NCBI RefSeq assembly: GCF_964204645.1
Contig: NC_134034.1
Span: forward strand, 13,777,062 to 13,841,061
DNA length: 64,000 nt
Source: Tubulanus polymorphus
Lineage: Eukaryota > Animalia > Nemertea
Direction: 5' to 3'
The notes under the pieces: generated by a model
Databases searched by the model: none
What the model was told of the DNA's origin: nothing
Seen by the model: only the letters and a program-made list of their open reading frames with translations
Program-made: the position numbers and the translations under genes
Shown: positions 31,442-45,100 of the stretch, piece by piece
Position numbering within the stretch: the first letter of the stretch is position 1
Layout of the letters: every line of letters begins with the position of its first letter

Positions 31442-33227
31442 TCGTTTTACAATCAGTTTCTGGGCGTGAGACGTCAGCTGTTTTAACATGTAGGACATGA
31501 AAAGGGTTACTGGGTCAGTTCTGAAGTCCAGAGCGCGCACCGACCTTCAGCAAGACCTTATCGCGCGATACACAATAAATAATATCTTGGGGTTCGAGTC
31601 CCGGCTCATAATATGTTTTTTACGGAATACCTGTGCCCCTCGGACCTGCGCCAATAACGTCCGCTAATCGCCGTTAATCTAGAATAAAAGCGCTAAAAAT
31701 ACCGATGGCGCAATGCGGTCAGTTCTAACGCTCCCGGATCGGCAAAAAGTCGGAGTTAACCGCATGTCAGCAGCTCAATATTCTTACTGCGGCACACGGT
31801 TTAGTTCACATATTCCACGTTAACGATATATATAGAGGCAGCACTTGACGGTTAAAGCAGGGCACAAAGATTTTCTACGGGCCGGCCGTATAAAATCTGT
31901 AAATTTTGTGTTGTCCCTCTAATACCTGTAATGGGTTCGAGTGTAAAATAAATAAGTAAACCAGGGCGTTTCGCCCGATGCAAGGGCTCCTTGGGGGTCT
32001 AGTTGACCCCCAAACCCCAAAATAACAAAAATATTGTTAAATAAATAAATTCATATTATGAATTTATTTATTTTTTATTTATAATAAAGTACAAAACGGT
32101 CAAAGTCTCTGAAACTTTCAGAGAAGATAGACCTAAACAAGAGCTACAGCCCAGATATAGTTGTTGCCCGGTGCAAGGGCTCCTTGGGGGTTTAATTGAC
32201 GCCCAAAACCCCAAAATATCAATAATAATGTTTAGAAAGTAATAAGTAAAATAAAAAACGGTCAAAGTCACTGAAACTTTCAGAAAAGATAGAACTATTC
32301 GAGAGCTACAGTCCAGTATATAGTTGTTGCCCGGTGCAAGGGCTCCTTGGGGGTTTAATTGACGCCCAAGGAGTTATTTTATTATACAGTTGCAGGGATA
32401 CTGGTACCCCCATCATTGGTCTCATCCATTATCAATCGTGACAAGTCCCTGTGTTGCCGATGGGCTTGGGATACAGTTCGTGGGGTTTTTGATAGTGTAT
32501 CTGTGTTTTGAGTAGTTATTCTGCATTAAATCCGAAAACGTACAGGGATGTGAATGAATTTTTCTTAAAGAGAATTAAAGGGCACTTGTTCAAAAGGGGT
32601 GCGTATACCCCTTAATCCTGCCTTGCACCCCACCAGATTTACCTCACGCACCCAGTTTGACAGGTCTGACAAATATAACATCGAGACAAAATGGAATATT
32701 TAACAGTTATATTTTATTTATTCAATCATTAACAATACTATTTGGCGATACGGTATATAGTGAAATTGTCCTAAACTGGTTTCGTCTTGTCCAAATCTGG
32801 ATCGGTATAAGTATATAATATTAGCTGAGACGAATCATCGCAATAAACAGGTTTTATCTTAAACAGAATTGTATTAACCAGGTTCAACTCGAGGTACAAT
32901 ATACGTTATATCGAATGGGGATTTTACAAGAAATAACTCTCTCCTATTCGACACACGTCTCACTAGACTAGACTTTTTATATTTGTTATGTTTTATACTC
33001 AACTAGTCACACACTAGTAACATTTTCACAAATTTTCATTTCACAAATTTTGATATAAAATTATCATGTTTCTTCGGCCAGTAAAATCGATTTCTCGCTG
33101 TTCGACCGTTCATGTACATAATCTCTCATGTATAGTTTCAATAACAGCTAGACATGAACTGGATGAAAATGAAAAGTAAATTGGTCTGACAAGTATCAAT
33201 AAATGAACTGGGAGCCGAGACGATCCT

Positions 33228-36200
33228 CTATTGACGGAGTTGAGCGAGCATTATTTCATTTTTACGACATTCCTGAAAAATCGAAAGCAACGAGAACGAA
33301 AATAAGTTAATGCAAAAATAATAAATCCTGTAATGAATGAATGAATCGAAAGTTGTGTAGTTTATCATCACCTCTTTGAATTCTTTGATCGATTTGAAGT
33401 AAAGTCGCTGTTTTTCGATCAAATCTAAATATTCGTCGTTAACGCCATCTCTTCTCATCTTCTCTTCTTGTTTCTTTTTCTCGACCTATTGAAGAAAAAA
33501 TGTTTAGCGCTATTGAACTAGTTCATTAATGCTAACAAAAGATTGTTTATCCTCTCAGACTCAAGTAAAAAATCACTGAAGATGAAAAGTGATCATATTT
33601 TGAAGCCCTTTCCGGGTAGGTATAATTCTAGCCAACTCAGGATATATATAGCTCCAGCGTTCACAGTTCATCCATCCAGGGAATCTAGTATTTTGGAAGT
33701 TCGATATGTTTTCATGGATTGTCTTTAAGAAGCTAATGATAAGTTGGATAGTAGTGTACTTACCTTGAGACGATTTTGTTTAATTCCTTCTACGATTTGT
33801 TCGAACTGTTTCAAGAATTGTTCCTTCGAAGCGGCAGACGACATCGCTCTGAAAATATATACAGTAATCATATTCAGCTATATAAAAACCAGGCAGGAGC
33901 AAAGATCCAGAGGCCAATTTCGAAGGACTTGTCAAGTCCAAAAACAGAACTTCGGAGTCCAAATAGGCACCAATTATCTTTGTTGACAAAATGAAAAAGG
34001 GCATTCAAAAAGAATGGACTTGCACAATTCTCATAAGTCCCACTGGATCTGCCCCTGTCAGGTGTGGGTACACAGGAGATTCCAGGATGTCAGGAGAAAT
34101 TCTTGCCCTTTTAGAAGGTGACGAGTCCTTCATATGCAATGATAAACGTAGTGAGCTTTTAAGATGGAAACATCGTTGTGAAACAAACGTACTGTTCAAA
34201 ATTATCATGAATTGAATTCAATAAATTCACTTCTTTGTTCAGATAGAGTTTTGTATCGTCGAGTGTATTATACAGCGTGTAGAACTGTTTCGTTTCTTTA
34301 TGCGTCGACGCCACCTGGTTGTACAACTCAATGAATCGTCGCTGGTACTGACTCAATTCCGCACGCGACGGAACCTCGTCGATCTTTCGTTGCAGTCCGG
34401 ATATTTCGCGATTTTTTCGCGCCTGAAAAAGAGACGACGAAAGAAATGATTTTTGAGGAATATCTCGGGCGGCCACTTTTATTTGACATGCTAATTCCGT
34501 GGCTATTCCCTGAAATGCAGGTCATCGTTTTCGCTGACTTGATCCGCTAACGATCCAATCAATGAACGCAGGCAAATACATAAAACATAGACGGAAACTG
34601 TTTGATTTTATGCGTGATTTCAACAAATTTCCCTGATTTATCTCCTGCATACAAAATTCCTTGACTATTCTCTGACATAATCCCAGATTTCCAGGTTAGA
34701 GGCCTGGAAAACTACATTTGCCCCAAACTGAATCAACTGTTTTCTACTGACCAATAGCAGACGGATTTTGTGTAGTTTCTCTTTATCCGCGTTGTACTGC
34801 TTGTCGATCATCTTCGATCGTTCTTGATCGTCGGTCGTTCCCTCGTCCGAGTCTAACTTCAACTGATCGATCGTGGCTTGCAGTCGAGACATCTCGTCTT
34901 TACAGTGAGCTTTAAACTCGAGTTCCTGACGTTTTAAACTTTCGTTTAACTCGACGAGCGAGCGTAACTGTTGTAGAATCCTAGCAACAAGAACGATCAC
35001 GAGAGATTATTCTATGCGGCCTTGGACCACACTTCAAGCGTTCATTATTTAATGTGTGAAGCCTGGACAAAATGTGCTGATAAAATGTCTGATGTTTGTA
35101 GTTCATTTTCAATAAGAAATGTTTCAGGTGAAGCACTGAACACATGTGAAATGTGAACAATCTGATATTAGAAGATCTTACACTTGATTTTCCCCGGCTT
35201 CCATTTCGATTAGTTTATCCATCTCATCATCGATGCGCTGACTGTATTTTTCTGCCTCCTCTAGTTCGCGCTGAGTTTTATTGTAAATTTCTTGTAGTTT
35301 CTCGTGTTGGCTCGTTATTCCTACAAACAGAACAAATAATAGCTGAAAGATAATACAGTGCTGTCCCCGATTGTTGCCACTACAGGTTTGCCTGCAGGTT
35401 CCACTAGCTATTACAGTCAGTCTTCGCTCAAAATTGACCAATAAGCATTGAGAATGAAACAGAGTTTTTTCACAATCCCAGCTAATCAGGAACTGATTTG
35501 TACCGTGTGCCAAATATCTAACTGTTAATAGGAAGAATCAGTAAAAAAAAGTATATAAAACATAATAAATGATTGATCTGACCTTCAGATCACGTACCGT
35601 GTTGATATACGTACCTTCTGATTTCGAGGTTTGTTGTTGAATTTGTTTGGTTAATGATTGTACGGCTCGTTTGTGCTGTTGGACGCTGCCTAGCGACGCA
35701 TCACGTTCCGTACTTCCCAGTTCGGCGTGCTGAAATTTAACACATATCAGAAAATGTAGCAAATTTTTGAGTTGAAATGTACGATAAAACCATAAGTTTG
35801 TAATGAGCTCAGGCCGAACAATCTTCTCCAGGCTGGGATTCAAACCTGATGACATCACTACACTCAGCCACGACACTAAACACTAGACCAGGTGCGTAGG
35901 TGCATGCTACCGGTGACTGAGTGTAGTGAGTGATGCCATCAGGTTTAAATCAATCCCTGCCGCGGGACGATGAGGCTGAACTGAATTTAAGTATTGTGTA
36001 TAGAAGCAACATGCAAAATAGCCTTCAAACTAAATTTTCGTTCAAACTAAATTGCGTCGCATAACAACATGGACCTAGGATCCACAGTTGTGCTTTTGAT
36101 TTAGGCTTAAGAGTAAAGAATCTAACTCAAAATCGTAGAACTTTGGATCTGAGCGGAAATAACAAGTTCTGACTTAGAAATCTAAACCACAACTGCGTAA

Positions 36201-39200
36201 ATAAATGAGATCCGAACAGTCATTCATAATTATGAACTTTCACCCGCAAAGAAAAGAAAAAAGAGCTGTTAGATGTAGAACTATCTCCCAGAAATATTAA
36301 CCGTTTGCAAAGCTTGAAGATATTGAAACAAAGAGAACAATGCACTCTAGAAACCACTGGTCTGATTGTTAGACATACACCTACGTGATGGAGCAAGAAA
36401 ACCAGTCTCTCGTGTAACCGTGTGATATTAGTGTTTTAGGAAGTCATTTATCATAACACGCATTAACAAAATACAGTAAAACCCCAATAAAACCCGCTTC
36501 ATGCGGTTTATTTCAAAACGATGAAATTATTTAATCCAGTTTTATGAGAAAACCAAATTGAACATAATTGAACATAGATTTACAGGTCTCATCCTCCCAC
36601 AGCAGGAATTCGAACCTGATGGCATCAAGACTCAACCAGAGCATGAAACCCTGCCACACTAGACCGAGTGCGCAGCTTAGATGATGTCATTATTAGCCGA
36701 CGATTATCAGAAATTCCCGTTTTATTTAAGCCCGGGTTTTTCCATTTACAATTTATCCTCAGGGATTATACAACGTGCAATCTGATTGGTGCCGCAAGTT
36801 TTGGTGCACCTAAACCCGCGCACGCGGTCTAGTGTGGCAGGGGTTCGTGCCGTGGTTGAGTGTAGCATTGCCATCAGGTTTGAATCCCTGCCGAGGGAGG
36901 ATGAAGTGGACTGTAAATCCAGATAAAATCCGATCCAGATGAAGCGGTTTGTTATGATATATAAAAAACGGATGCAATTGTTTTGTCTACCTTTTCGTTT
37001 CCGAGCTGCAACAAGTCGTGTTGTTTATGAGTAATTCATAGTTACCGGTAGAGATCACTCTATTGAGCCGTTATTTCAAAAGTTGGAAAAATGTTGTTGC
37101 CGAAGTGAGATTGAAGCGATGAACAATAGGCCTGAATGGCGACTGAGGTATAGTAGTATTTAGATGCACAGGCCTTTGGTCAGTCACTAACAAAATTTTC
37201 AAGAAAATTCAAGGAATCTTTTAGGACTGTTTACATCAATCTCACCTCTGCCGTTAAATAAGCGATTCCTAAAATGAGGCCATTATCGCAGGTTTTTGTC
37301 TGAATAACCGTGACGACATGTATGCATTGTTGTGTAACACGGCTGGGGGAATGAAATCTTTATACAGCGGGGGATATTGTACTTACCTTTTCGGCGTACT
37401 CCGACGCTATCTGCTGAATTTCCTCCGACTGTAAACCGACTAAAGTTCCGACTGCACTCGCTGTCAATTTACCCTAAAAATGCAGACGCTAATTTACATG
37501 TATAATATATTTACACAAATATCAGCATCAGGTTTAGGGTTTTAGGTAAGATAGACTAGGCCAGACGGAGTTTTCAAACTTTTTCAAATTGAATCTCTTG
37601 AAGGATTCTTGGAAACAATGAAATTCTCATGCAATTCTCTTAGTAGTTTCAACCTCAAGATCGTTTAAAATTACCATTCCGACAAATTAATTTCATAAAG
37701 TTTGTACGTTCTGACTGGTACTGATCAGAAAATTTATCAAAAAGCCATCACTATCCAACTTGTTGGATATCATTTTCAAGTGTGCCTAGGCCTTAATATC
37801 TATAGTCCAAAAAGACAGAGTCTACAGTATGTATATAAAATGCATTCGAAATCAATTAAGGGGAATGCATGCAACGACAAACTTTAAGAACTACAAGGAC
37901 AGACGGTTTAAAAAATGCCGAGCAAAATGTTAAGAAAATAAATCAGTTACCTCATGCTTCGCGGCAGACATGTTTTTCATCAGCATGTTTATACGTTTCT
38001 ATAAATAAAGCAAAATGAGAACGGACACTGAACAAAAATCACCAACAATCGTCTGCCGCCATCAAAAATCAATAAAATCATATATTTTACATTTAACTTT
38101 TTACATCATGCGAGGATTTTTTTTTTCAAAAAAAACGTCGAAAACATTCACGAAACAAAGAGAACGACGCAAAAAATCGGTACCTCTTCTTCAGCGCGTA
38201 GTTCCTCGATAGAGGGCTCTGCTTGTTCGCTGTCCGTGGCTGTCTTCTTCTTCGACGCCGCCTCCTACGTGAAATGAAAAATTATCGCGTTTTTTTTTTA
38301 CGCGGAGAGTGAAGATATTTTTAAACCAAAGCTCGTTAATCTCAACTTATCTCGAAGTACCTCATTGGCTTTAAGCGCTTCACTTCCAATACCATAACGT
38401 CTGAGAGTAGAAAAACGTAAGATCTCAGAACTTTTAGAATGCGACAAAATCAGCAAAATTAGCAAAATCAGCCGCTCTGTGCGGGAGTGTGGCTTACATG
38501 TATATTGATTTTTTGGGATGTGACAAATCTTTCAAAATTGGCCTCTGAATCCAAAAGTTAAAGATTTTGACGATCGTGATACACAAAATGGCCCCAAAAA
38601 CTTTACATTGACGTACAATTGGACGTATAACTGACCTGCCGTATTCGAGTAAAGTTGACTGGACGCGAATCGACTCGTTCGATATTTTATCTGCGTCTTG
38701 GCGTTTATATTTACGAGTTGGTTTGTAAACTTCCTAAAAAAATATAAAATTATCATTCTAATCATTGTTGTGGTCTCTACTGGGGTTTAAGATTTTGAGA
38801 AATATGGATAGAAATTTAAATTTGTAGAGTTTATGCGAATTTATTTCTTACCTTAATCACATTCATGGCATCAGTCGCTGCGGCCTTTGTTTCATTGTAA
38901 GCATCATCCTAAAAATATCATTCAACACGTACATGTACATAGTTTTCATACATAATATGCGAACATGAGTCTGTACATATCTATTAGGCCTACATGTCCA
39001 TCTGCATGCATATATACATGTACACAAGACTGGAATGTACATGGATATTGGACATATCGAATCAACGTGCATTTGTGTTACAAAATGAATGTACATAATC
39101 TTGAGTTGAAACGAATGCACATGTACATGTGTTTAAATGAATGTACAAGTTATAGTATTGAATACTGAATAGTACTGTATATTGTAATAGTTATAATACC

Positions 39201-40499
39201 TCAGGCATGGAATGACTCTTGTGGAATTGTGAAATGGAAAACGCTCTGATGTAATCACCGGTCTCTTCCTTCGTAGCAATAGCTTTCTTTACCAACCACT
39301 ATAGAAATATAGATATTCATAATCAACTACTGTGGAGGCAAACATCATTTCAACAATCGGCCATAAATTAAAGAGAAAAAGGCAAATCAATAACGCAGTG
39401 CGATCTATAGATGTGATAAGGGATTTATGGAGGCGAGTGATTTGATGATGTCACAGGGTGAATCAATTCGCACTAGTGTGGCAGGGGTTCGTGCCGTGGC
39501 TGAGTGTAGCGTTGCCATCAGGTTTGAATCCCTGCCGAGGGACGATGTGGTGGCTGAGTGTAACGATGCCATCAGGTTTGAATCCCAGCTGAGGGACGAT
39601 GCACTGGCTGAGTGTAGCGTTGCCATCAGGTTTGAATCCCTGCCGAGGGACGATGCACTGGCTGAGTGTAGCGTTGCCATCAGGTTTGAATCGCAGCCGA
39701 GGGACGGTGCTATAATAGTTTATCTATGTACCTGTATAACTGGGAAGATATGAATGAAATCTAATCCTTGAATTTGATGAGGTTCGATGCGATGAGGACA
39801 TTTCATACGCGGTAAAACAACCACAATCTTCTCGGTCAACGCGCTAAAAACAAACAAACAATCATTTCACACAATTCAGAATCCTGCTGTTTTCCGGCGC
39901 TGGTTGCAAACTTACATTTTTTGTCCGATCGTCAAATTTTCTTGGAACAACAAATCAACGTCGACGTCGAAGTTACAAGTCGTTATACACCAAGTCATTC
40001 CACCTACAACCTACAATCAACAACTTACAATCAACAACTTACAACTCACAAGATCATATATTGTAAGAACACAGTTCATCATTGAATATCTAGTTTTATA
40101 GCGAATCGTGTTATGATCGAAGAGATAAAATGCCAACCTTGTCGAATGGAGACAGCCCTTTAATTCTCGCGCGGAAATATCCAGCAGCCAACAACAATTC
40201 AACGATCGCCGCTAGTTTTTCACCTTGCTCTTCGTCCTCGCGACTTTCAGCCTAAAATTGAAAATGAGAATTTGCTGAACTACGAACAGAATGGTTGATT
40301 AAACCTGATTCATGAGGCTCTAGTGACTCTCTGCTGTAAGTTATGAATCTGTTTAGGCCAATAAACGTGTCTCGAACTAAGTAAACATATTTCTATATAA
40401 ACGTACTTGGATTAAATTTCCATCAGCGTCGTAAACCGTATTCATTGTCATCTTTGACGAGGCGCGTCGACGCGGCGTTAAAACTCCTGCTGCTGACAT
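33228..40499 (-). CDS. CCDC93: Coiled-coil domain-containing protein 93 (CCC/Commander complex subunit), multi-exon
   Basis: Exons translate to [96 protein letters not shown], and C-terminally [54 protein letters not shown]; recognised as CCDC93. Confidence 0.95.
39473..39707 (+). mobile_element. Tandem multimer (~55-bp unit, 4 copies) of a dispersed tRNA-like SINE family; other copies near 11990-12070, 35830-35970, 36590-36675, 36820-36903, 45395-45460, 59110-59175
   Basis: Recurring ctagtgtggcaggggttcgtgccgtggctgagtgtagcgttgccatcaggtttgaatccctgccgaggga with B-box-like GGTTTGAATCC. Confidence 0.7.
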
Positions 40500-40849
40500 T
40501 GTGCTCAATCAATCTGAAATTGAAAAAATTTTAATTCGATTTTGACCTTTTTGATAATTAGAGAGGGTGTCCTTTAATTCAGGGTACATGTTGCATTGTT
40601 TTGACGCTATATGGCTAGATTTCTTGGGCGCGCAGGTTGCCACTCAGTGGCCATCGAGAAATTTTGCCGTGTGGGAGGTGGTTCCTCAGGGTTCCAGGAC
40701 CGACCCGGGACAGGTTTTGCCCCCGGCCCCGGCTCAGCCAGGTTTTTTTGTCAAAATTTTAAAAGCCCCTGACTGAATCCCCTGAAGGCTGAATGATGAA
40801 GATTCGAAGTATGATGAAGGAAGTTATGGTCATGATAATATCTTACCAG

Positions 40850-41270
40850 GCGGTTCACAAATTCAAATGTTGGATCAAAAATGTGGGAGTGTGATCAATT
40901 TTTCAGTCGAAATCGAGAGAACTGTCAAAAATCGGTCAATTCAATTCACTTTATTGACAGTTTATACTAAATTGACAATCTATTTACCGAACCGTCGATT
41001 TTTTTCAAAGCCTGTTTTACATTAAAAACATTCGCAAATATGCAAAATCAATTATTAAACGTTGAAAATAAAGGGAAAGATCTTATTCTAATTCGTAGTT
41101 AAAATCACAAATGTGATTCGTCGTTTCGATCAGACTTGAAGAGTTATAAATTTGACCCCGATGACAGGTCAGTGAATAGAGCTGTACAGTATTAATCAGG
41201 ATTATCTCGTTCCAGTGCTTATATCAGCTGTCATTCAGCGAGGTTCTACTGTCCTGCGATCTCTATAGGT
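40850..41270. promoter_or_regulatory. Probable bidirectional promoter and first non-coding exons of CCDC93 (-) and ACLY (+)
   Basis: Minus-strand donor near 40846 (gtaaga) pairs with the acceptor at ~40514 just before the CCDC93 ATG; plus-strand donor at 41268 (gtaagt) pairs with the acceptor at ~42071 before the ACLY ATG. Confidence 0.6.
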
Positions 41271-42114
41271 AAGTACCACTCGTCTCTACCGATGGTAATT
41301 CTTGATTTAAGGTTTACATCGCAATAAATCGATCTATTTTCATGAAAACTGTCCCAGTCTGGTCAATTCAAATTCAAATTTGTTGGTGTTTATAATTGGA
41401 TTTTGACATGTATTTGAATATATTGATTCATCTGTGCATTTCATGAATTTTGATTGACACTGGCTGAATTTCAACTGGTCAATGAACCAGGTCCACGGGT
41501 GTAGAGAGAAGAGGCGTTTTTTATTGCCAAATATTGGCTAATACATTTTTTGGGAAGTTAGAATAAGTTCAGGCCTACGCCGCCTGGGCCTATAATACTG
41601 ATTGGCCTCCAGTAAACTCCAGAAAATAAAAAGAAAACTGGCCCCATTTGTATTTGTGGTGTTGTTTTCTGTTGTTAAAATACAATTTTTTGAATTTTTT
41701 CCAAATCTAGTACAGCTAAATATAGAGGTCATTGAGAGGTCAGTCTGCATCAATACTTCAAAACATATGTTCAGATTATTTGCTAATAAAGTACGGGCCC
41801 GGGACAAGGTGAAAAATGCATAGTATTTCCAAGTGAAAAATTAAACCAGACACAACTGTGGAACACTGTGGAACTGAATCCGGAGTCAAATTAAACCCAC
41901 CCAACTGTGGAACTGGGTTCAGAGTCAAATTAGACCCACACAACTGTGGAACTGGTTCCAGAATCAAATTAAACCCACACAACTGTGGAACTGGGTCCAG
42001 AGTCAAATGAAACCTGCTGATCGACTGCAATCAACATTTTTTCAGAGAAAGTTTGGTTATTTTTTTTTCAGAGTGAGTTAACGACGGGCGATCATTGAAA
42101 TCTAAAATCAAATC

Positions 42115-45100
42115 ATGTCGGCAAAAGCTATCCTAGAAAAAACAGCAAAAACGCTGCTCAACAATCACCTGACTCACGACAAAACATCGGCTAATAGATT
42201 CGCGAGTGTTGATTTGAGGACTGATATCGATGATTTGGTGAAAGAAAGTCCGTGGCTGGCTACTGAGGTAAGATACAGCGTGTCACTGATAGTGTTCGAA
42301 CTGAATCGGAATGGCTACTGCGGCAATAGAGGATCCACCAGGTGTCGTTAGTGTGCAGTAGGATATCAACTACTGCAGTAATAGAGGCTTCCACTTGTGG
42401 CAAGTGAGGATCCACCGGGTGTCACTAGTTATTTGGTTATTCACTTACATTTCGATGATGAAACCTCTCAAATATTGAATATCATCGAATTTACGGCAAA
42501 AAAATATATTTTTACTAAAAATCTGCTTCGAGAATGAAGAAAAAGAGATTTTTTCTTGTTTTTAGAAACTGGTCGTAAAACCAGATCAGTTGATCAAACG
42601 ACGAGGTAAATTAGGTCTAATTAAAGTCGGGGTTAGTTTCGACGAAGTAAAGAAATGGCTCAGCGAACGTCTCGGCAAAGAAATACAGGTATCGTAAACG
42701 TCATTGTGCTTTAGGAGAAAAACAGAATTAAAAAAGGCGAGAAATAAGTAATTTTTTCCGGTCCTAATATTTCCAAGAGTTACGGGTCCAGAAATGGTTT
42801 AGAAGAAGTTTAATTCTGATAATTCAACTATTTTTGAGTCAAACCTTAAATTCACTATAAAACTGTCTACTTATGGCTGCAGTAGAACCGTATATATATA
42901 TATATATCCTTGTACTAGAATCAATTTGAATGAATTGCCAGTGTTGAGATTATGCTAATGAGAATAATAAGATTAGTGTCCGAGGAATCCTTCAGCACTT
43001 CATCAGTGAATATTGTATACGTTGATGAAAGTTGCTTCATCGCTGGCTTAATCAATACATTATTGACACATAGGTCATTTGTACAGTCGACTAAGGCTGG
43101 GAATTAAGACTAGCCTTAATTTTTCATGCCCTATAACCAGGCCATCCCCCCCTCTATTGGTCGGAGCTAAAAAGGCGAATCATATTTTTGAGAAATCATC
43201 GTTTTGTCATGCGTCCTATTTTTCTAGGTCGGCGTTTCGAAAGGAGTCTTGAAGAATTTCATCATCGAACCGTTTTTGCCTCACCAGCAGACGGAGGAGT
43301 ATTACCTGTGTATTTACTGTCACCGTGACGCCGATACTATCCTGTTTCACCACCAGGGCGGCGTCGATATCGGCGACGTCGACAGCAAAGCGATCAAACT
43401 CGATGTCCCGGTAGGTGGCAGCACGAACGCCGCCGAAATCAAGGCAAAATTGTTGACGCATGTTGCGCCTGGCGAACAAGAGTAAGTCAGGGGAGAAATT
43501 ATTTACTTGCCGCTTAATATGAAAAAGAAATTGAAGAATCATCACATTTTAGTTTGAGTACAGTCATGTCGTCGATTGAAATTGGGTTAAAAATTGCAAC
43601 AAAGCACAAAAATTATTGAATGTTTTTCCTTCTTTCTGAGGCCGATTACCCGGTTGATTTTAGACGCCGTACGACAATGATTTATTAAGTTCTGTTTGTA
43701 TTTCAGTTTGCTCGCCAGTTTTATCGTAACGTTGTACGAATTTTTCCAGACAATGTATTTCACTTATCTCGAGATAAACCCGCTAGGTAAGTGTGTCTCG
43801 ACGAGTTGTTGACGGCCGGTTCAAATTCGGGCTGAATCTCGGGCTATCATTTATCTAGTGGTCTCACACACAAACTCAAAACTGAACTGAACTTCAATGC
43901 ATTTGAATTCATATGTGTTGAAGACAATCAGAACTGATAAGAAATGTCCTACTGATAAGCAGTGATAGTCATCTTTAACTGATAAGACGATGGTGTGTGC
44001 GTAAGGTCCGTTGACCCCGCCGGGTCAGCGCTAGTAGTGGCAGACGCACTTTTTAGAATTCGGACTTGTTTATGAAGAGAATATCGAATATTTCATCAAA
44101 ATCTACGAGACCTGTCTATGTCCGTAACAATTCTAAAACCGATGTAACAACTTAACTCGAGACCAGTCTTATGATGATTTAAAACGACCTTTTGTCTCGG
44201 GTTTTGCTTTGAAATAAGAATCGAGGAAACGTAGATAAAACATCAGCCTTTTATTTCAGAATGAATGAATGTTTTTGAAATGTATTTTTTTCCTCTATTG
44301 TTTCTAGTTGTAACCGGTGGTAAAGTGCACATTCTGGACGTAGCTGCTAAACTCGATCAGTGCGCAGAATATATGTGTAAAACTAAATGGGGCGAGATTG
44401 ACTTTCCGCCACCGTTCGGTCGCGAGGCGCTACCCGAGGAGGCGTACATCGCGGACCTCGACGCGAAAAGTGGCGCGTCATTAAAACTGACCATTCTAAA
44501 TCCGACCGGTCGAATCTGGACGATGGTCGCCGGGGGCGGAGCTTCGGTTATATACGCGTAAGTTACCTACACGGCTGCCTTCATGGATCCCCCTATGACA
44601 TCATTAAAAAAATCTATAGACCCTTTCAAAAAATATGTCTGCCGCAAGGAATACCCCTATGACATCTTAAAAAAATGTAAAGACCCTTCCAAAAAATATG
44701 TCTGTCATTAGGAAATCCCCCAATGACATCATCAAAAAAATCTATAGACCCTTTCAAAAAACATGTCTGCCACAAGAAAATCCCCCTATGACATCATCAA
44801 AAAAATTTATAGACCTTTTCAAAAAATATGTCTGCCACAAGGAAATCCCCCTATGACATCATCGAATTGATTGATTAAAAGTTCTAGGAAAGAAGCTGTA
44901 TACCATAAATATCTTCAAATGACATCAACAAATTTTTTTTTAATGACAATTCAAAGATGAATTCTAGGAATTCTCGCAGACATCGTTAGATTCTTACTGC
45001 TACACGTATTCATTTTAGGGATACTATTTGCGATCTAGGTGGCGCCTCTGAACTGGCGAATTACGGCGAGTATTCCGGAGCCCCGAGCGAGGAACAAACG

